A stretch of DNA of 64,000 nucleotides from an uncultured Candidatus Rokubacteria bacterium (GTDB lineage: Bacteria > Methylomirabilota > Methylomirabilia > Rokubacteriales > CSP1-6), in assembly GCA_963762145.1 (NCBI GenBank), contig CAVXJS010000011.1:416001-480000 (forward strand), given 5' to 3'. Position numbers and translations under genes: made by a program. This document shows, in pieces, positions 18,253 to 28,725 of this stretch. The notes beneath the pieces are model-generated. The model had not been told where the DNA came from, made no database searches, and saw only the letters and a list, made by a program, of their open reading frames with translations. Position 1 is the first letter of the stretch. The number at the start of each line of letters is the position of its first letter.

Positions 18253-19237
18253 ATGAGCGATCTCCGCAAGGATCCGACCCGGGGCCGCTGGGTTCTGGTG
18301 CGGCCGGGCCCGAAGCGCCCCGCCGCTTCGGTGTGTCCATTCTGTCCCGGAAACGAATCGCAGACGCCCCCCGAGATCTTCGCCTACCGCGAGGAGGGCT
18401 CGGCGAGCAACGGGCCCGGGTGGTCGGTGCGGGTCATCCCGGAGGCCGATCCCTACTTTCGCATCGAGCAGGAGCTGGTGCGTGAGGGGCTGGGTCTCTA
18501 CGATCGCATCTCTCCACGGGGCGCCACCGAGCTGATCGTCGAGAGCCCGAATCACGACGACACCGCGGCCACGCTCGGAGACAGCCAGTGGGAGCAGGTG
18601 CTCTGGATGTACGGAGAGCGCATCCGGGACCTCAAGCTGGATCAGAGCATTCGCGACATCCTCGTCACACGGCGCCACCGGGCGGCCGGCTCGCAGGATC
18701 ACGCACCCGTACTCGCGTCTCACCGCGATTCCGATCATCTTCGACGAGGTCCGCCGCAAGCTCCGCGAGTGCCGCGAGCATTACGAGTACAAGCGGCGCT
18801 GCGTGTACTGCGACATGATCCGCCAGGAAATCGCGGCGGGCGATCGGGTGGTGCGGCTCACCGACCACTTCCTGGCCCTGGCGCCGTACGCGGCCGGCTC
18901 GCCCCACGAGACGTGGATCCTGCCTCGCCAGCACCATTGCCTCTACGAGGCCTCGCTCTCTGGCGAGAGCGTGGCGGATCTGGCCGGGCTCCTGAGCGGT
19001 CTCTTCCGGACCCTCAGCGGCAAGCTGGGGGACCCGCCGTTCGAGATGACGCTCTACACCGCGCCCAATCTGGCCGCCAAGATCCTGCCCGGGGAGTGGT
19101 CGACCATCGCCGACGACTACCACTGGCACATCGAGGTCCGCACCGTGCCGGACCGCCTCAACGGGATCGGGGGCATTCACGTCAACGAGACGCCTCCCGA
19201 GGAGGCCGCCAAGCAGTTCCGGGAAGGCTGGTCGTAG
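18253..19237 (+). CDS. GalT-family (hexose-1-phosphate nucleotidylyltransferase-like) protein with atypical active site; frameshift near 18690
   Basis: SDLRKDPTRGRWV, CPFCPGNE, CVYCDMI, PHETWILP and YHWHIE motifs; HPYSR where HPHSQ is expected. Confidence 0.8.
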
Positions 19238-19347
19238 TCTGGTCAGACCGCTCTAAGTCGGGTGCCGGCCACCAGAAACCGAGATATACCTTGACAGGGC
19301 GCCCTCCGGGGAGCAGACTGCGACGGTAGGGGTCGGCGATAGTAAGG

Positions 19348-19391
19348 GTCGGATATAGGCCGTCGGTTATAAGCCGGTCGGATATAAGCCG
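19348..19391 (+). repeat. Three tandem 14-15 bp repeats upstream of the isc regulator (candidate operator)
   Basis: GTCGGATATAGGCC / GTCGGTTATAAGCCG / GTCGGATATAAGCCG. Confidence 0.7.
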
Positions 19392-19404
19392 GGAGGGCAT
19401 CGCG

Positions 19405-19844
19405 GTGCTGAGATTCACGAAGCGAGCGGATTACGGGCTCATGGCCGTGCACTTCATCGCCTCGCACGGCGAGGACGGCGCGGTGAGCGCGAAGCGGATC
19501 GCGGAGGAGTTTCACATCCCGCCCGAGCGGCTGGCCAAGATCCTCCAGCGCCTGGCGAAGAAGAAGCTGGTCGCCAGCTCAACGGGCCCAAGGGCGGCTA
19601 CGTGCTGACCCGGGACCCGTCGGAGATCACGGTGGGGCAGGTGGTCCGGGCGCTCGAAGGCCCGATCAGCGTGGTGAGCTGCATGAGCGAGCGGGACGAT
19701 TGCCCGCAGTTCGAGCGCTGCAACCTGCGGGGCCCGGTGCAGAAGATCCAGGCCAGCATCAGTCACGTACTGGATAGCATGACGCTCGCGGAGCTGGGAG
19801 CGGAGCCGACCGTCTCGCTCACCCCGCTCGCGGTCATTCACTAG
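19405..19844 (+). CDS. Rrf2-family Fe-S regulator (IscR/SufR-like); frameshift near 19580
   Basis: TKRADYGL, GPKGGY and ALEGP motifs plus three Cys (CMSERDDCPQFERC); heads the isc operon. Confidence 0.88.
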
Positions 19845-19863
19845 ACTCGAGGAGAGCGACGGC

Positions 19864-21091
19864 ATGGCGTTGAAGCTTCCGATCTTCATGGATAGCCAGT
19901 CCACGACCCCGGTGGATCCGCGGGTGCTCGAGGCGATGATCCCGTACTTCACGGAGAAGTTCGGCCATCCGGCGAGCCGCAACCATCCCTTCGGCTGGGA
20001 AGCCGAGAGCGGCGTGGACGTGGCCCGCGACCAGATCGCCAAGCTGATCGGCGCCCGGGACCCGAAGGAGATCGTGTTCACCTCCGGAGGCACGGAGGCG
20101 ATCAACCTCGCGCTCAAGGGCGTGGTGGAGATGTACCGGGAGAAGGGCAACCACATCGTCACCACCACCATCGAGCAGCGGGCCACGCTGGACGTCTGCA
20201 AGCGGCTCGAGCGGCAGGGGGTCGAGGTGACCTACGTGCCGGTGGGCCGCGACGGGCTGGTGGACGTGGAGGCGGTCCGGGCCGCGCTGACCGACAAGAC
20301 CATCCTGATCTCGATCATGTTCGCCAACAACGAGATCGGGACGATCCAGCCGGTCGCCGAGCTCGGCAAGCTCGCCAAGGAGAAGGGCATCATCTTCCAC
20401 ACCGACGCCACCCAGGCGGTGGGCAAGATCCCGGTGGACGTGGAAGCGATGGGCATCGACCTGCTGTCGGCCACCGCCCACATGATCTACGGCCCCAAGG
20501 GCGTCGGCGCGCTCTACGTGCGGCGGAAGAGTCCGCGGGTGCGCATCGCCGCCCATGGTGGACGGCGGCGGCCACGAGCGCGGCATGCGCTCGGGCACGG
20601 TGCCGGTGCCGCTGGTGGTCGGCTTCGGCAAGGCGGCGGAGATCTGCCGCGAGGGCATGGGCGAGGAGAGCAAGCGGCTCGCCGCGCTCCGCGACCGGCT
20701 CCAGGAGCAGATCGTGTCCAAGGTGGACGAGGCCTACGTGAACGGGCATCCCACGCTGCGGCTGCCTCACAACCTGAACATCTCCTTCGCGTACGTGGAA
20801 GGGGAGTCGGTGCTGATGGGGCTCAACCGGGAGGCGGCGCTGGCCTCGGGCTCGGCCTGCACGTCGGCCACCCTCGAGCCGTCCTACGTGATCTCGGCGC
20901 TGGGCGTGGACTCGGAGCTGGCCCACTCGTCGATCCGCTTCGGGCTGCACCGGTTCTCCACCGAGGAAGAGGTGGACTTCGTGGCGCGCAAGACGGTCGA
21001 GGTCATACTGCGCTTGCGGGAGATGTCGCCGCTGTACGAGCTCGCCAAGGAAGGCGTCGACCTGAAGTCGATCCACTGGAAAGCGGAATGA
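19864..21091 (+). CDS. iscS: IscS-like cysteine desulfurase homolog lacking the PLP Lys; frameshift near 20550
   Basis: TTPVDP, FTSGGTE, NNEIG, HTDATQ, RSGT, SGSACTS and SSIRF motifs; but TAHMIYGPKG and EQRA. Confidence 0.88.
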
Positions 21092-21138
21092 CGACGCCCC
21101 CCAGCCATCAGATCATTTGATCAGGAGGATGTACGGAC

Positions 21139-21556
21139 ATGGCCTACAGCGATAAGGTGGTCGACCACTACAACAACCCCCGCAACGTGGGGTCCTTCAC
21201 CAAGGACACCCCGGGGGTGGGCACGGGACTGGTCGGGCGCGCCCGAGTGCGGCGACGTGATGAAGCTGCAGATCAAGGTCAACGTCGAGACCGGCGTCAT
21301 CGAGGACGCCAAGTTCAAGACGTTCGGCTGCGGCAGCGCCATCGCCTCGTCCAGCCTGGCTACCGAGTGGCTCAAGGGCCGCACGGTGGACGAGGCGGCC
21401 AAGATCAAGAACACCGACATCGTCAACGAGCTGAAGCTGCCGCCGGTGAAGATCCACTGCTCGGTGCTCGCCGAGGACGCGATCAAGGCCGCGCTCCAGG
21501 ACTACAAGGAAAAGTGGAGCGCGAGCGAAGCCCCGGCGGGCCCGGCCGCGTCTTAA
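21139..21556 (+). CDS. iscU: Fe-S scaffold IscU; frameshift near 21240
   Basis: YSDKVVDHYNNPRNVG, PECGD, FGCGSAIASSS and LPPVKIHCS motifs. Confidence 0.93.
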
Positions 21557-21577
21557 GGCCGAGGAGGCCCACGCTCA

Positions 21578-21904
21578 ATGGCACTGGCGCTGACCGAAAC
21601 CGCGGTGAAGCAGGTCAAGCAGCTGATGGAGACCCAGAAGCTGGAGAATGTCTATCTGCGGGTGGGGGTCAAGGGAGGCGGCTGCTCGGGTCTCTCCTAC
21701 CAGCTGGAGTTCGACAACGAGATCGGCCCCCACGACAAGAAGTTCGACATCGACGGGGTGCAGGTGGTCTGCGACAAGAAGAGCTACCTGTACCTGAACG
21801 GCACCACGCTCGACTACGTCACGCAGGGGCTGCAGGGCGGGTTCACCTTCGTCAACCCCAGCGCGAAATCGAGCTGTGGGTGCGGGACATCGTTCTCGGC
21901 CTGA
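21578..21904 (+). CDS. iscA: A-type Fe-S carrier IscA
   Basis: GGGCSGLSY and NP...CGCGTSF motifs. Confidence 0.93.
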   Translation: MALALTETAVKQVKQLMETQKLENVYLRVGVKGGGCSGLSYQLEFDNEIGPHDKKFDIDGVQVVCDKKSYLYLNGTTLDYVTQGLQGGFTFVNPSAKSSCGCGTSFSA

Positions 21905-21927
21905 GGATCGGCCCGGATGACACGAAC

Positions 21928-21956
21928 ACGGGCCCTGCCGGGCCCGTTGTTGTTTT
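21928..21956 (+). terminator. Hairpin/terminator between iscA and hscB
   Basis: ACGGGCCC-TGCC-GGGCCCGT followed by TGTTGTTTT. Confidence 0.6.
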
Positions 21957-21968
21957 GAGGAAAGGCGC

Positions 21969-22564
21969 GTGAGCGATTACTTCACGGTGTTCGGGCTGCC
22001 CCGCAAGCTCGAGGTGGACACGGAGGCGCTGCAGCGGCGGTTCTACGAGCTGTCCCGCCAGCATCATCCCGATTTCCACCAGGGGGCGGGTGCCGACCGC
22101 CAGGCGGAAGTGCTGGGCCAGTCGGCGCTGATCAACCGCGCCTACCGCGCCCTGCGCGAGCCCCTCGCGCGCGTGGAGTACCTGATCGCGCTGGAGGAAG
22201 GCCGGGAGGTCCGCGAAGGCGCCATCGACAAGCCGAAGGCGCCGCGGGAGCTGCTGGAAGAGATGATGGAAGTGCAGGAGGCGCTCGAGGAGGCCCGGGC
22301 GGAAGGCCTCGCGGGAGACGCCGGCACCCGGCTCCGCGAGGAGCGCGGGCGGCTCGAGCAGCGCTACGCGGCCGAGGCGGCGGCGATCGTCGATCGGGCC
22401 GCCGAGTGGGACCGGCTGGTGGACGAGGGGGCGATCGCCGGCCGCTGCTCGAGTGGTTCAAGCAGCGGCTCGCGACCCGTGCCTACCTGCGGACCGTCAT
22501 CGACGACCTGAGTGATGCGCTGGGGGAGCGCGAAGACCAACATGTCTCGCATCGTCGGCATTGA
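21969..22564 (+). CDS. hscB: Co-chaperone HscB; frameshift near 22430
   Basis: [12 protein letters not shown]-domain motif, INRAY...RVEYL. Confidence 0.9.
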
Positions 22565-24379
22565 CCTAGGGACGACCAACAGCCTGGTCGCCCACGTGGA
22601 GGGCGGCATCCCGCGGGTGATCCCGGACGCGGAGGGACGCAGCCTGCTGCCCTCGATCGTGGCGTGGACGAACCACGGCGTGGTGGTGGGCGAGGCGGCG
22701 CGCCGGCAGCTCGCGCGGAACGCGGCGCGCACCGTCTACTCGGTCAAGCGGCTGATGGGCCGCGGCTACGAGGACGTGAAGGACGAGCTGCCGCGGCTGC
22801 CCTTCGAGGTGACCCCGCAGGCCGAGGTGGTGAGCATTCGCATCGGCGATCGGGCGGTCACGCCGCCCGAGGTCTCGGCCCACGTGCTCCGCGCGCTGAA
22901 GCAGCGGGCGGAGGGGCACTTCGGCGAGCCGGTCGAGCAGGCGGTGATCACGGTGCCCGCCTACTTCAACGATGCCCAGCGGCAGGCCACCAAGGACGCG
23001 GGCCGCATCGCGGGCCTCGAGGTGCTGCGCATCGTCAACGAGCCCACCGCGGCCGCGCTCGCCTACGGGCTGCAGAAGCTCTCCCAGGGGATCATCGCGG
23101 TCTACGACCTGGGCGGCGGGACCTTCGACATCTCGATCCTGCGCGTCAAGGACGGCGTCTTCGAGGTGCTGGCCACCAACGGCAACACGCATCTGGGTGG
23201 CGACGACTTCGACCGGGCGATGGTGGACTGGCTCCTGGCCGACATCAAGAGCCGCCACGGGGTGGACCTGTCCGGGGACGCGGAGGCGCTGCAGGAGATC
23301 CGGCTCGGCGCGGAGGCCGCCAAGTGCCGGCTCTCCTTCGAGGCGCGCACCGTGCTCACGATCCCGTTCGAGGGCTTCACCTACCACCGCGACATCGCCG
23401 CGGGCCGACGTCGAGGCCCTGGTGGGGCCGCTGGTGGCCGCGACCCTCGGCCCGTGCCGCCAGGCCCTCGCGCGACGCCTCGCTGCGGGCCGACCAGGTG
23501 GACGAGGTGGTGCTGGTGGGCGGCTCCACCCGGATGCCGCTGGTGCAGCGCCGGGTCGAGGAGCTCTTCGGGCGGACCCCGCACAGCCGCATGAATCCGG
23601 ACGAGGTGGTCGCCCTCGGGGCGGCGGTCCAGGCGCAGATCCTGGCCGGCGGCATCACCGACATGCTGCTGCTCGACGTGACGCCGCTCTCGCTCGGGAT
23701 CGAGACCCTGGGCGGCATCGTGAGCGTGCTGATCGCCCGGAACACCACGATCCCGACGCTGGCGAAGGAGTACTTCACCACCTCGGTGGACGGGCAGACC
23801 ACGGTGGACATGCACGTGCTCCAGGGCGAGCGCGAGCTCGCCAAGGACAACCGCTCGCTGGCCCGCTTCGATCTGGCCGGGATCGACCCGATGCCGGGCG
23901 GCATGCCCAAGATCGAGGTGACCTTTCTCATCGACGCCAACGGAATTCTCCAGGTGCAGGCGCGGGAGCTTCGCACCGGCAAGGCGGCGAGCATCGAGGT
24001 CAAGCCGACCTACGGCCTCACCGAGGGCCAGGTGGAGCAGATGGTGGAGGACTCGTTCACTCACGCGGAGGCCGACGTCGAGGCCCGGCTGCTCATCGAG
24101 ACCCAGACCGAGGCCGACACCGTCCTCAATCACGTCGAGCGCGCCCTGCGCCAGGCCCGCGACATCGTGGGCGCGGAGGAGCTGACCGCGATCGAGGCGG
24201 CCCGCGCCGCGCTGCGGACCGCGCGGGCGGGAACGGACCGCGATCGGATCCGCGAGCTCACCACCGCGCTCAACCAGGTCACCGCGCCGCTCGCGGACCG
24301 GCTCATGGAGTCCGCGATCAAGGACGCGGTCACCTCGAAGCGGGCCGACCGGCTGCTGGAGAATTCGGAGAATTCGTGA
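22542..24379 (+). CDS. hscA: Fe-S chaperone HscA (Hsp70 family); frameshifts near 23400-23475
   Basis: [36 protein letters not shown] and [12 protein letters not shown] motifs; isc context. Confidence 0.9.
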
Positions 24380-24702
24380 TGGCGGTCCACAAGGTCACGT
24401 TCCTGCCGCTCAACCGGACCGTCGAGGTGGACGACAGCAAGTACCCGCTGGCGGACCACGGCCGGCCGGGGTCGCTGCTCGACATCGCGCTGGCCAACGA
24501 CATCCACCTCGAGCACAACTGCGGCGGGAGCTGCGCGTGTACCACCTGCCACGTCATCGTCCGGGAGGGCGAGGACAACCTCTCCGCCATGGAGCAGGAC
24601 GAGGAGGACCGGCTGGACACCGCGGAGGGGCTGACCCTCCACTCCCGGCTCGGCTGTCAGGCGGTGGTCAAGGGAGACGTGGTCGTGGAGATACCCAAGT
24701 AG
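24379..24702 (+). CDS. fdx: ISC 2Fe-2S ferredoxin
   Basis: [14 protein letters not shown] and SRLGCQ motifs. Confidence 0.92.
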   Translation: MAVHKVTFLPLNRTVEVDDSKYPLADHGRPGSLLDIALANDIHLEHNCGGSCACTTCHVIVREGEDNLSAMEQDEEDRLDTAEGLTLHSRLGCQAVVKGDVVVEIPK

Positions 24703-24749
24703 GGCGAGCCGCCGCCGAAGGCAAGGCGAGCGAATAGGGAGAATGGATC

Positions 24750-24950
24750 GTGAAGTGGCAAGACGCCGAGGACATAGCGCTGGCCCTCATCGGAAGCTCA
24801 CCCGGGAGTGGACCCGCTGGGGTGCGCTTCACGGACCTGCACAAGTGGGTGATGGCGCTGCCGGGATTCACCGACGAGGCCAAGGGCTCCAACGAGGGCA
24901 TCCTGGAGGCGATCCAGATGAAGTGGCACGAGGAATTTCAGGATCGCTAG
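24750..24950 (+). CDS. iscX: Fe-S assembly protein IscX
   Basis: MKWQDAEDIA...VRFTDLHKWV...NEGILEAIQMKW. Confidence 0.9.
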   Translation: MKWQDAEDIALALIGSSPGSGPAGVRFTDLHKWVMALPGFTDEAKGSNEGILEAIQMKWHEEFQDR

Positions 24951-24958
24951 GCCGCGAG

Positions 24959-25188
24959 CTACCAGGTGATCACGTGATCGTGCGCGAAGATCAGATCGAG
25001 CAGGCCCGCGTAGTCCAGGTCGCCCGGCGCGAGACGCCGGACCGCGACGCCGGCGGGGAGGGACGGCGGCGGCGCGGCGTCGAGCATGGCCACCGTGACC
25101 CGCGCGTCGGCGTCGCGGAGATTGGACTCGATCACCGGCCCGCGAGCGCGGCCGCGTCGCGCTTCACGAGGTGCAGGAAGGTGGCCAT
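24959..25188 (-). CDS. Small DsrH/TusB-like protein; frameshift near 25150
   Basis: [10 protein letters not shown] start; C-terminus [19 protein letters not shown] resembles the DsrH/TusB end; third gene of the triad. Confidence 0.55.
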
Positions 25189-25546
25189 CAGAACACGAGG
25201 AAGCGGGTGGCGCGGGAGAGCATGGCCGCGATCTCGGCCGCGGTGACCGGAACCACCGGATGGCCGTCGTGGTTCCAGTCGGCCATGGCGGCCGGAGCGC
25301 CCTCGACGTGGAACGGCACGCCCAGCTTCCGGAGCGCCGCGCGGAACTTGGCGATATCGTCGCCGTCCACCAGATCGTCGGTGTCGTCGTCGAGCAGATG
25401 CACCGCGGGTCCGGTGAGCACGATGGGCACCTCGTTCTCGCCCGCCACGATGCCCAGCGCGATGCGCATCGCCTCGTTGGCGCGGTGCGAGACGCGCGGG
25501 TCCTCCGAGATGAGGACGAGGGTGGGCTGGCTCGGGCTTTCGGCAC
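25188..25546 (-). CDS. DsrF/TusC-like (DsrE-family) protein; frameshift near 25525
   Basis: [23 protein letters not shown]...LTGPAV...RFLVF. Confidence 0.6.
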
Positions 25547-25547
25547 G

Positions 25548-25862
25548 CTAGTTCAGCGCGATGAAGCGATCGGTCCCGTTGATCACGTCGGTGAGCACCA
25601 CGAGGCCGCAGTTGGTGGCGCGCTCGGACAGGGGCCGGCGGCGCTTCTGGCAGCCGTAGGCGCACACGAAGAGTCTGAGGCCTCGATCGGCGAGGGCGAG
25701 GAGACGCGCGTCGTCGACCGCGTCCACCCCGTCGTCGATCAGGTACAGGTAGACGTCACCGCCGCCGTCCAGCGCGGCCGGGGACAGCCCGACGGCGGTG
25801 TCGAGGTCGGATGGGCGGAGGCGGTGGAGAGCATCAGACCGAGCTTCTTTGGCCGAGGCCAT
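25548..25862 (-). CDS. DsrE/TusD-family sulfur-relay protein (indels near the 5' end)
   Basis: [19 protein letters not shown] (conserved Cys) and [18 protein letters not shown] motifs. Confidence 0.75.
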   Translation of the reverse strand: MASAKEARSDALHRLRPSDLDTAVGLSPAALDGGGDVYLYLIDDGVDAVDDARLLALADRGLRLFVCAYGCQKRRRPLSERATNCGLVVLTDVINGTDRFIALN

Positions 25863-25898
25863 GCGGGCGCAGCGTACCATCGTGAAAGGGGAGCGTCA

Positions 25899-27059
25899 AT
25901 GAACCGGAAGGTGTATCTCGATCACAACGCCTCCACCCCCGTGCATCCGGAGGTGGTGGAGGCGATGCTGCCGTACTTCAGCGAGCGCTTCGGCAACCCG
26001 TCGAGCGTCCACGGCTTCGGCCGCGAGGCCCGCGAGGGGCTCGAGACCGCCCGCGAGCAGATGGCGCACGTTCCTCCGCGTCGGCAAGGAGGAGGTGGTG
26101 TTCACCTCGGGCGGCACCGAGTCCGACAACATGGCGATCAAGGGCGTGGCGTGGCGCGCCGCCGCGGGCACATCATCACGTCGAAGATCGAGCACCACGC
26201 GGTGCTCCGCGGCGGTGCAGACGCTGGAGAAGCTAGGGCTTCGAGGTGACCTATCTGCCCGTGGACGGCGACGGCCTCGTCGATCCCGACGACGTCCGGC
26301 GCGCGATCCGCCCCGACACCATCCTGATCTCGATCATGCACGCCAACTCCGAGATCGGGACGATCCAGCCGGTGCGGGAGATCGGGCGCGATCGCGCGGG
26401 AGCACGGCGATGCCGTTCCACGTGGACGCGGTGCAGACCTTCGGCAAGGTGCCGATCGACCTCGACGCGTTCGGCATCGACCTGCTGTCGTTCTCCGGCC
26501 ACAAGATCTACGGGCCGAAGGGCGTGGCCGGGCTCTACATCCGCAAGGGCACCAAGATGGTCTCGATCCAGCACGGCGGCGAGCACGAGCGGCGCCGTCG
26601 GGCGGGCACCGAGAACGTGACCGGGCATCGTCGGGCTCGGCAAGGCGGTGGAGATCCGCGGCGCGCGACATGGCGGAGGAGGCCGTCCGGGTCACGGCGC
26701 TGCGGGACCGGCTGTGGGAGGGCATCAGCGCGCGGGTCCCCGACGTGCGGCTCAACGGCCACCCCACCGAGCGGCTCCCCGGCACGTGCAACATGTGCTT
26801 CCGCCACGTCGAGTCGGAATCGATCGTGCTCGGCCTGGATCTGAAGGGCATCGGCGTGTCGGCGGGCTCCGCCTGCACGTCGGGCAACGTCGAGCCGTCG
26901 TACGTCCTCGTGGCGATGGGGGTGCCGCTCGACTGGGCGATGGGCGCGGTGCGCATGTCGCTCGGCCGGACCACGACCACCGAGGACATCGACTACGTCA
27001 TGGAGTCGATCGAGCCGCTGGTGGCGAAGCTCCGGAGCGCGATGCCGGCCCGGGTCTAG
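25899..27059 (+). CDS. Second cysteine desulfurase (NifS/IscS type) with intact catalytic motifs; several frameshifts
   Basis: [44 protein letters not shown] and SAGSACTSG motifs. Confidence 0.9.
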
Positions 27060-27067
27060 GCGGCGAG

Positions 27068-27458
27068 ATGCAGTACAGCCCGACCCTGATCGATCACTTC
27101 CGGAACCCGCGGAACGCTGGCATCATGCGGAATCCGGACGGGGTGGGCGAAGGCGAGTACAAGGACTGCATGGACCTGGTGCGGTTTCACCTGCGGGTGG
27201 AGGATGGCAAGGTGACCGAGGCCCGATTCCAGGCCTACGGCTGCGGGCCGACCATCGCGGCGGCGAGCGCGGCCACCGAGGTGGCGACGGGCTGTACGCT
27301 CGAAGCGCTGCTGGCGGTGGAGGCGGCGCGGGTCGAGGCCGCGGTGGGTGGACTGCCGGAGCCGCGGCGGCACGCGGCGGACGTGGCGGCCCTGGGACTG
27401 CGGGCGGCCGCGCGCGACGCGCTGACCGGGCGGAGAGGAGGAGCGAACGCGTGTTTGA
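27068..27458 (+). CDS. IscU/NifU-N-like protein lacking the third Cys (3' end approximate)
   Basis: YSPTLIDHFRNPRNAG, DCMD and FQAYGCG motifs; RRHAA in place of KxHC. Confidence 0.8.
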
Positions 27459-28103
27459 GCGATGAGGCGGGACATGCGGACGGTGCTCGAGCGCGACCCG
27501 GCCGCGCGGTCGGCGCTCGAGGTGGTCCTCTGCTATCCCGGCGTGCACGCGATCTGGCTCCACCGGATCGCGCACCGCCTGTGGGGCGCCGGGTGGACCA
27601 CGCCCGCGCGCCTCGTGGCCCACGTGAGCCGATTCTTGACCGGCGTCGAGATCCACCCCGCGGCCGGGCTCGGGCCCGGGCTCTTCATCGACCACGGCAT
27701 GGGCATCGTCATCGGCGAGACGGCCGAGATCGGCGAGAACGTGTCGCTGCTCCAGGGCGTGACCCTCGGGGGCACCAGCGTGAAGCGCGAGAAGCGGCAT
27801 CCGACGCTCGGCGACAACGTCGTCGTGGGCGCGGGCGCCAAGATCCTGGGCGCGTTCACGATCGGTGCGGGCAGCCGGATCGGCGCCGGGTCGGTGGTGG
27901 TCCGCGAGGTCCCCGAGAACTCGGTGGTGGTCGGCGTGCCCGGGCGCGTCACCTTCCGCGACGGCCGGCGCGTCCAGGGCGAGATCGACCTCAACCAGGT
28001 CGATCTGCCCGACCCGCTGGCCCGGGCGGTCGAGTCGATGATGGACCGCATCCAGTCGCTCGAGCACGAGCTGGAGGTGCTCAAGCAGTCGGTGTCGCGA
28101 TGA
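27451..28103 (+). CDS. cysE: Serine O-acetyltransferase
   Basis: [29 protein letters not shown] and KRHPTLG motifs; likely GTG start at 27451 with a 1-nt loss (alternative ATG 27462). Confidence 0.93.
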
Positions 28104-28671
28104 TCGACCGCGACGGCGCGTGGGCGGTGCTGACCGAGTTCACGGCCGCCGAGAGCCTGCGCAAGCACGCGCTCGCGGTGGAGGCGGCGATGCGGGCGTA
28201 CGCCGCGCGCGAGCGGTGCGCGGACGCCGAGGCGTGGGGCACCGCCGGCATGCTCCACGACTTCGACTACGAGATGCACCCGACCGCGCCGCACCATCCG
28301 CTCAAGGGCGCCGAGATCCTCGCCGGCCGCGGCGTGCCCGACGCGGTCGTCTACGCGATCCTCGCCCACGCCGACTACTCCGGGTGCCCGCGGACCTCCC
28401 GGCTCGACCGCATGCTCTACGCCTGCGATGAGCCCGCGGGGTTCGTGACCGCGTGCGCGCTCGTGCGTCCCGGGCGCGCCATCGCCGGCCTCGAGGTCGG
28501 CTCGGTGCTGAAGAAGCTGAAGGACCGGGCGTTCGCGCGCACCGTCAACCGCGCCGACGTGTACCGCGGAGCGGAGGAGATCGGCGTGCCCCTCGACGAG
28601 CACCTGGGCTTCGTCATCCAGGCCTGACCGCGGCGGCGCCGCGCCTGGGCCTCGGCGGCCCGCCCGCGTAG
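28100..28671 (+). CDS. HD-domain (HDIG-like) hydrolase
   Basis: [21 protein letters not shown] and KKLKDRAFA motifs; ends at 28627, or at 28671 if there is an indel. Confidence 0.85.
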
Positions 28672-28725
28672 CCCGCGCCCGATGCCGTGAGGGCGAAGCC
28701 CGTTGCCAGCCCGAGGGCGAAGCCC

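Noticed and set aside
19348-19391. Possible mini-CRISPR array
   Set aside because: The repeats are 14-15 bp, directly adjacent, with no spacers and no cas genes.
28625-28627. TGA ending the HD protein, and the TGA near the cysE start, as further Sec codons
   Set aside because: Neither is at a Cys-equivalent position; each is explained by a 1-nt loss.
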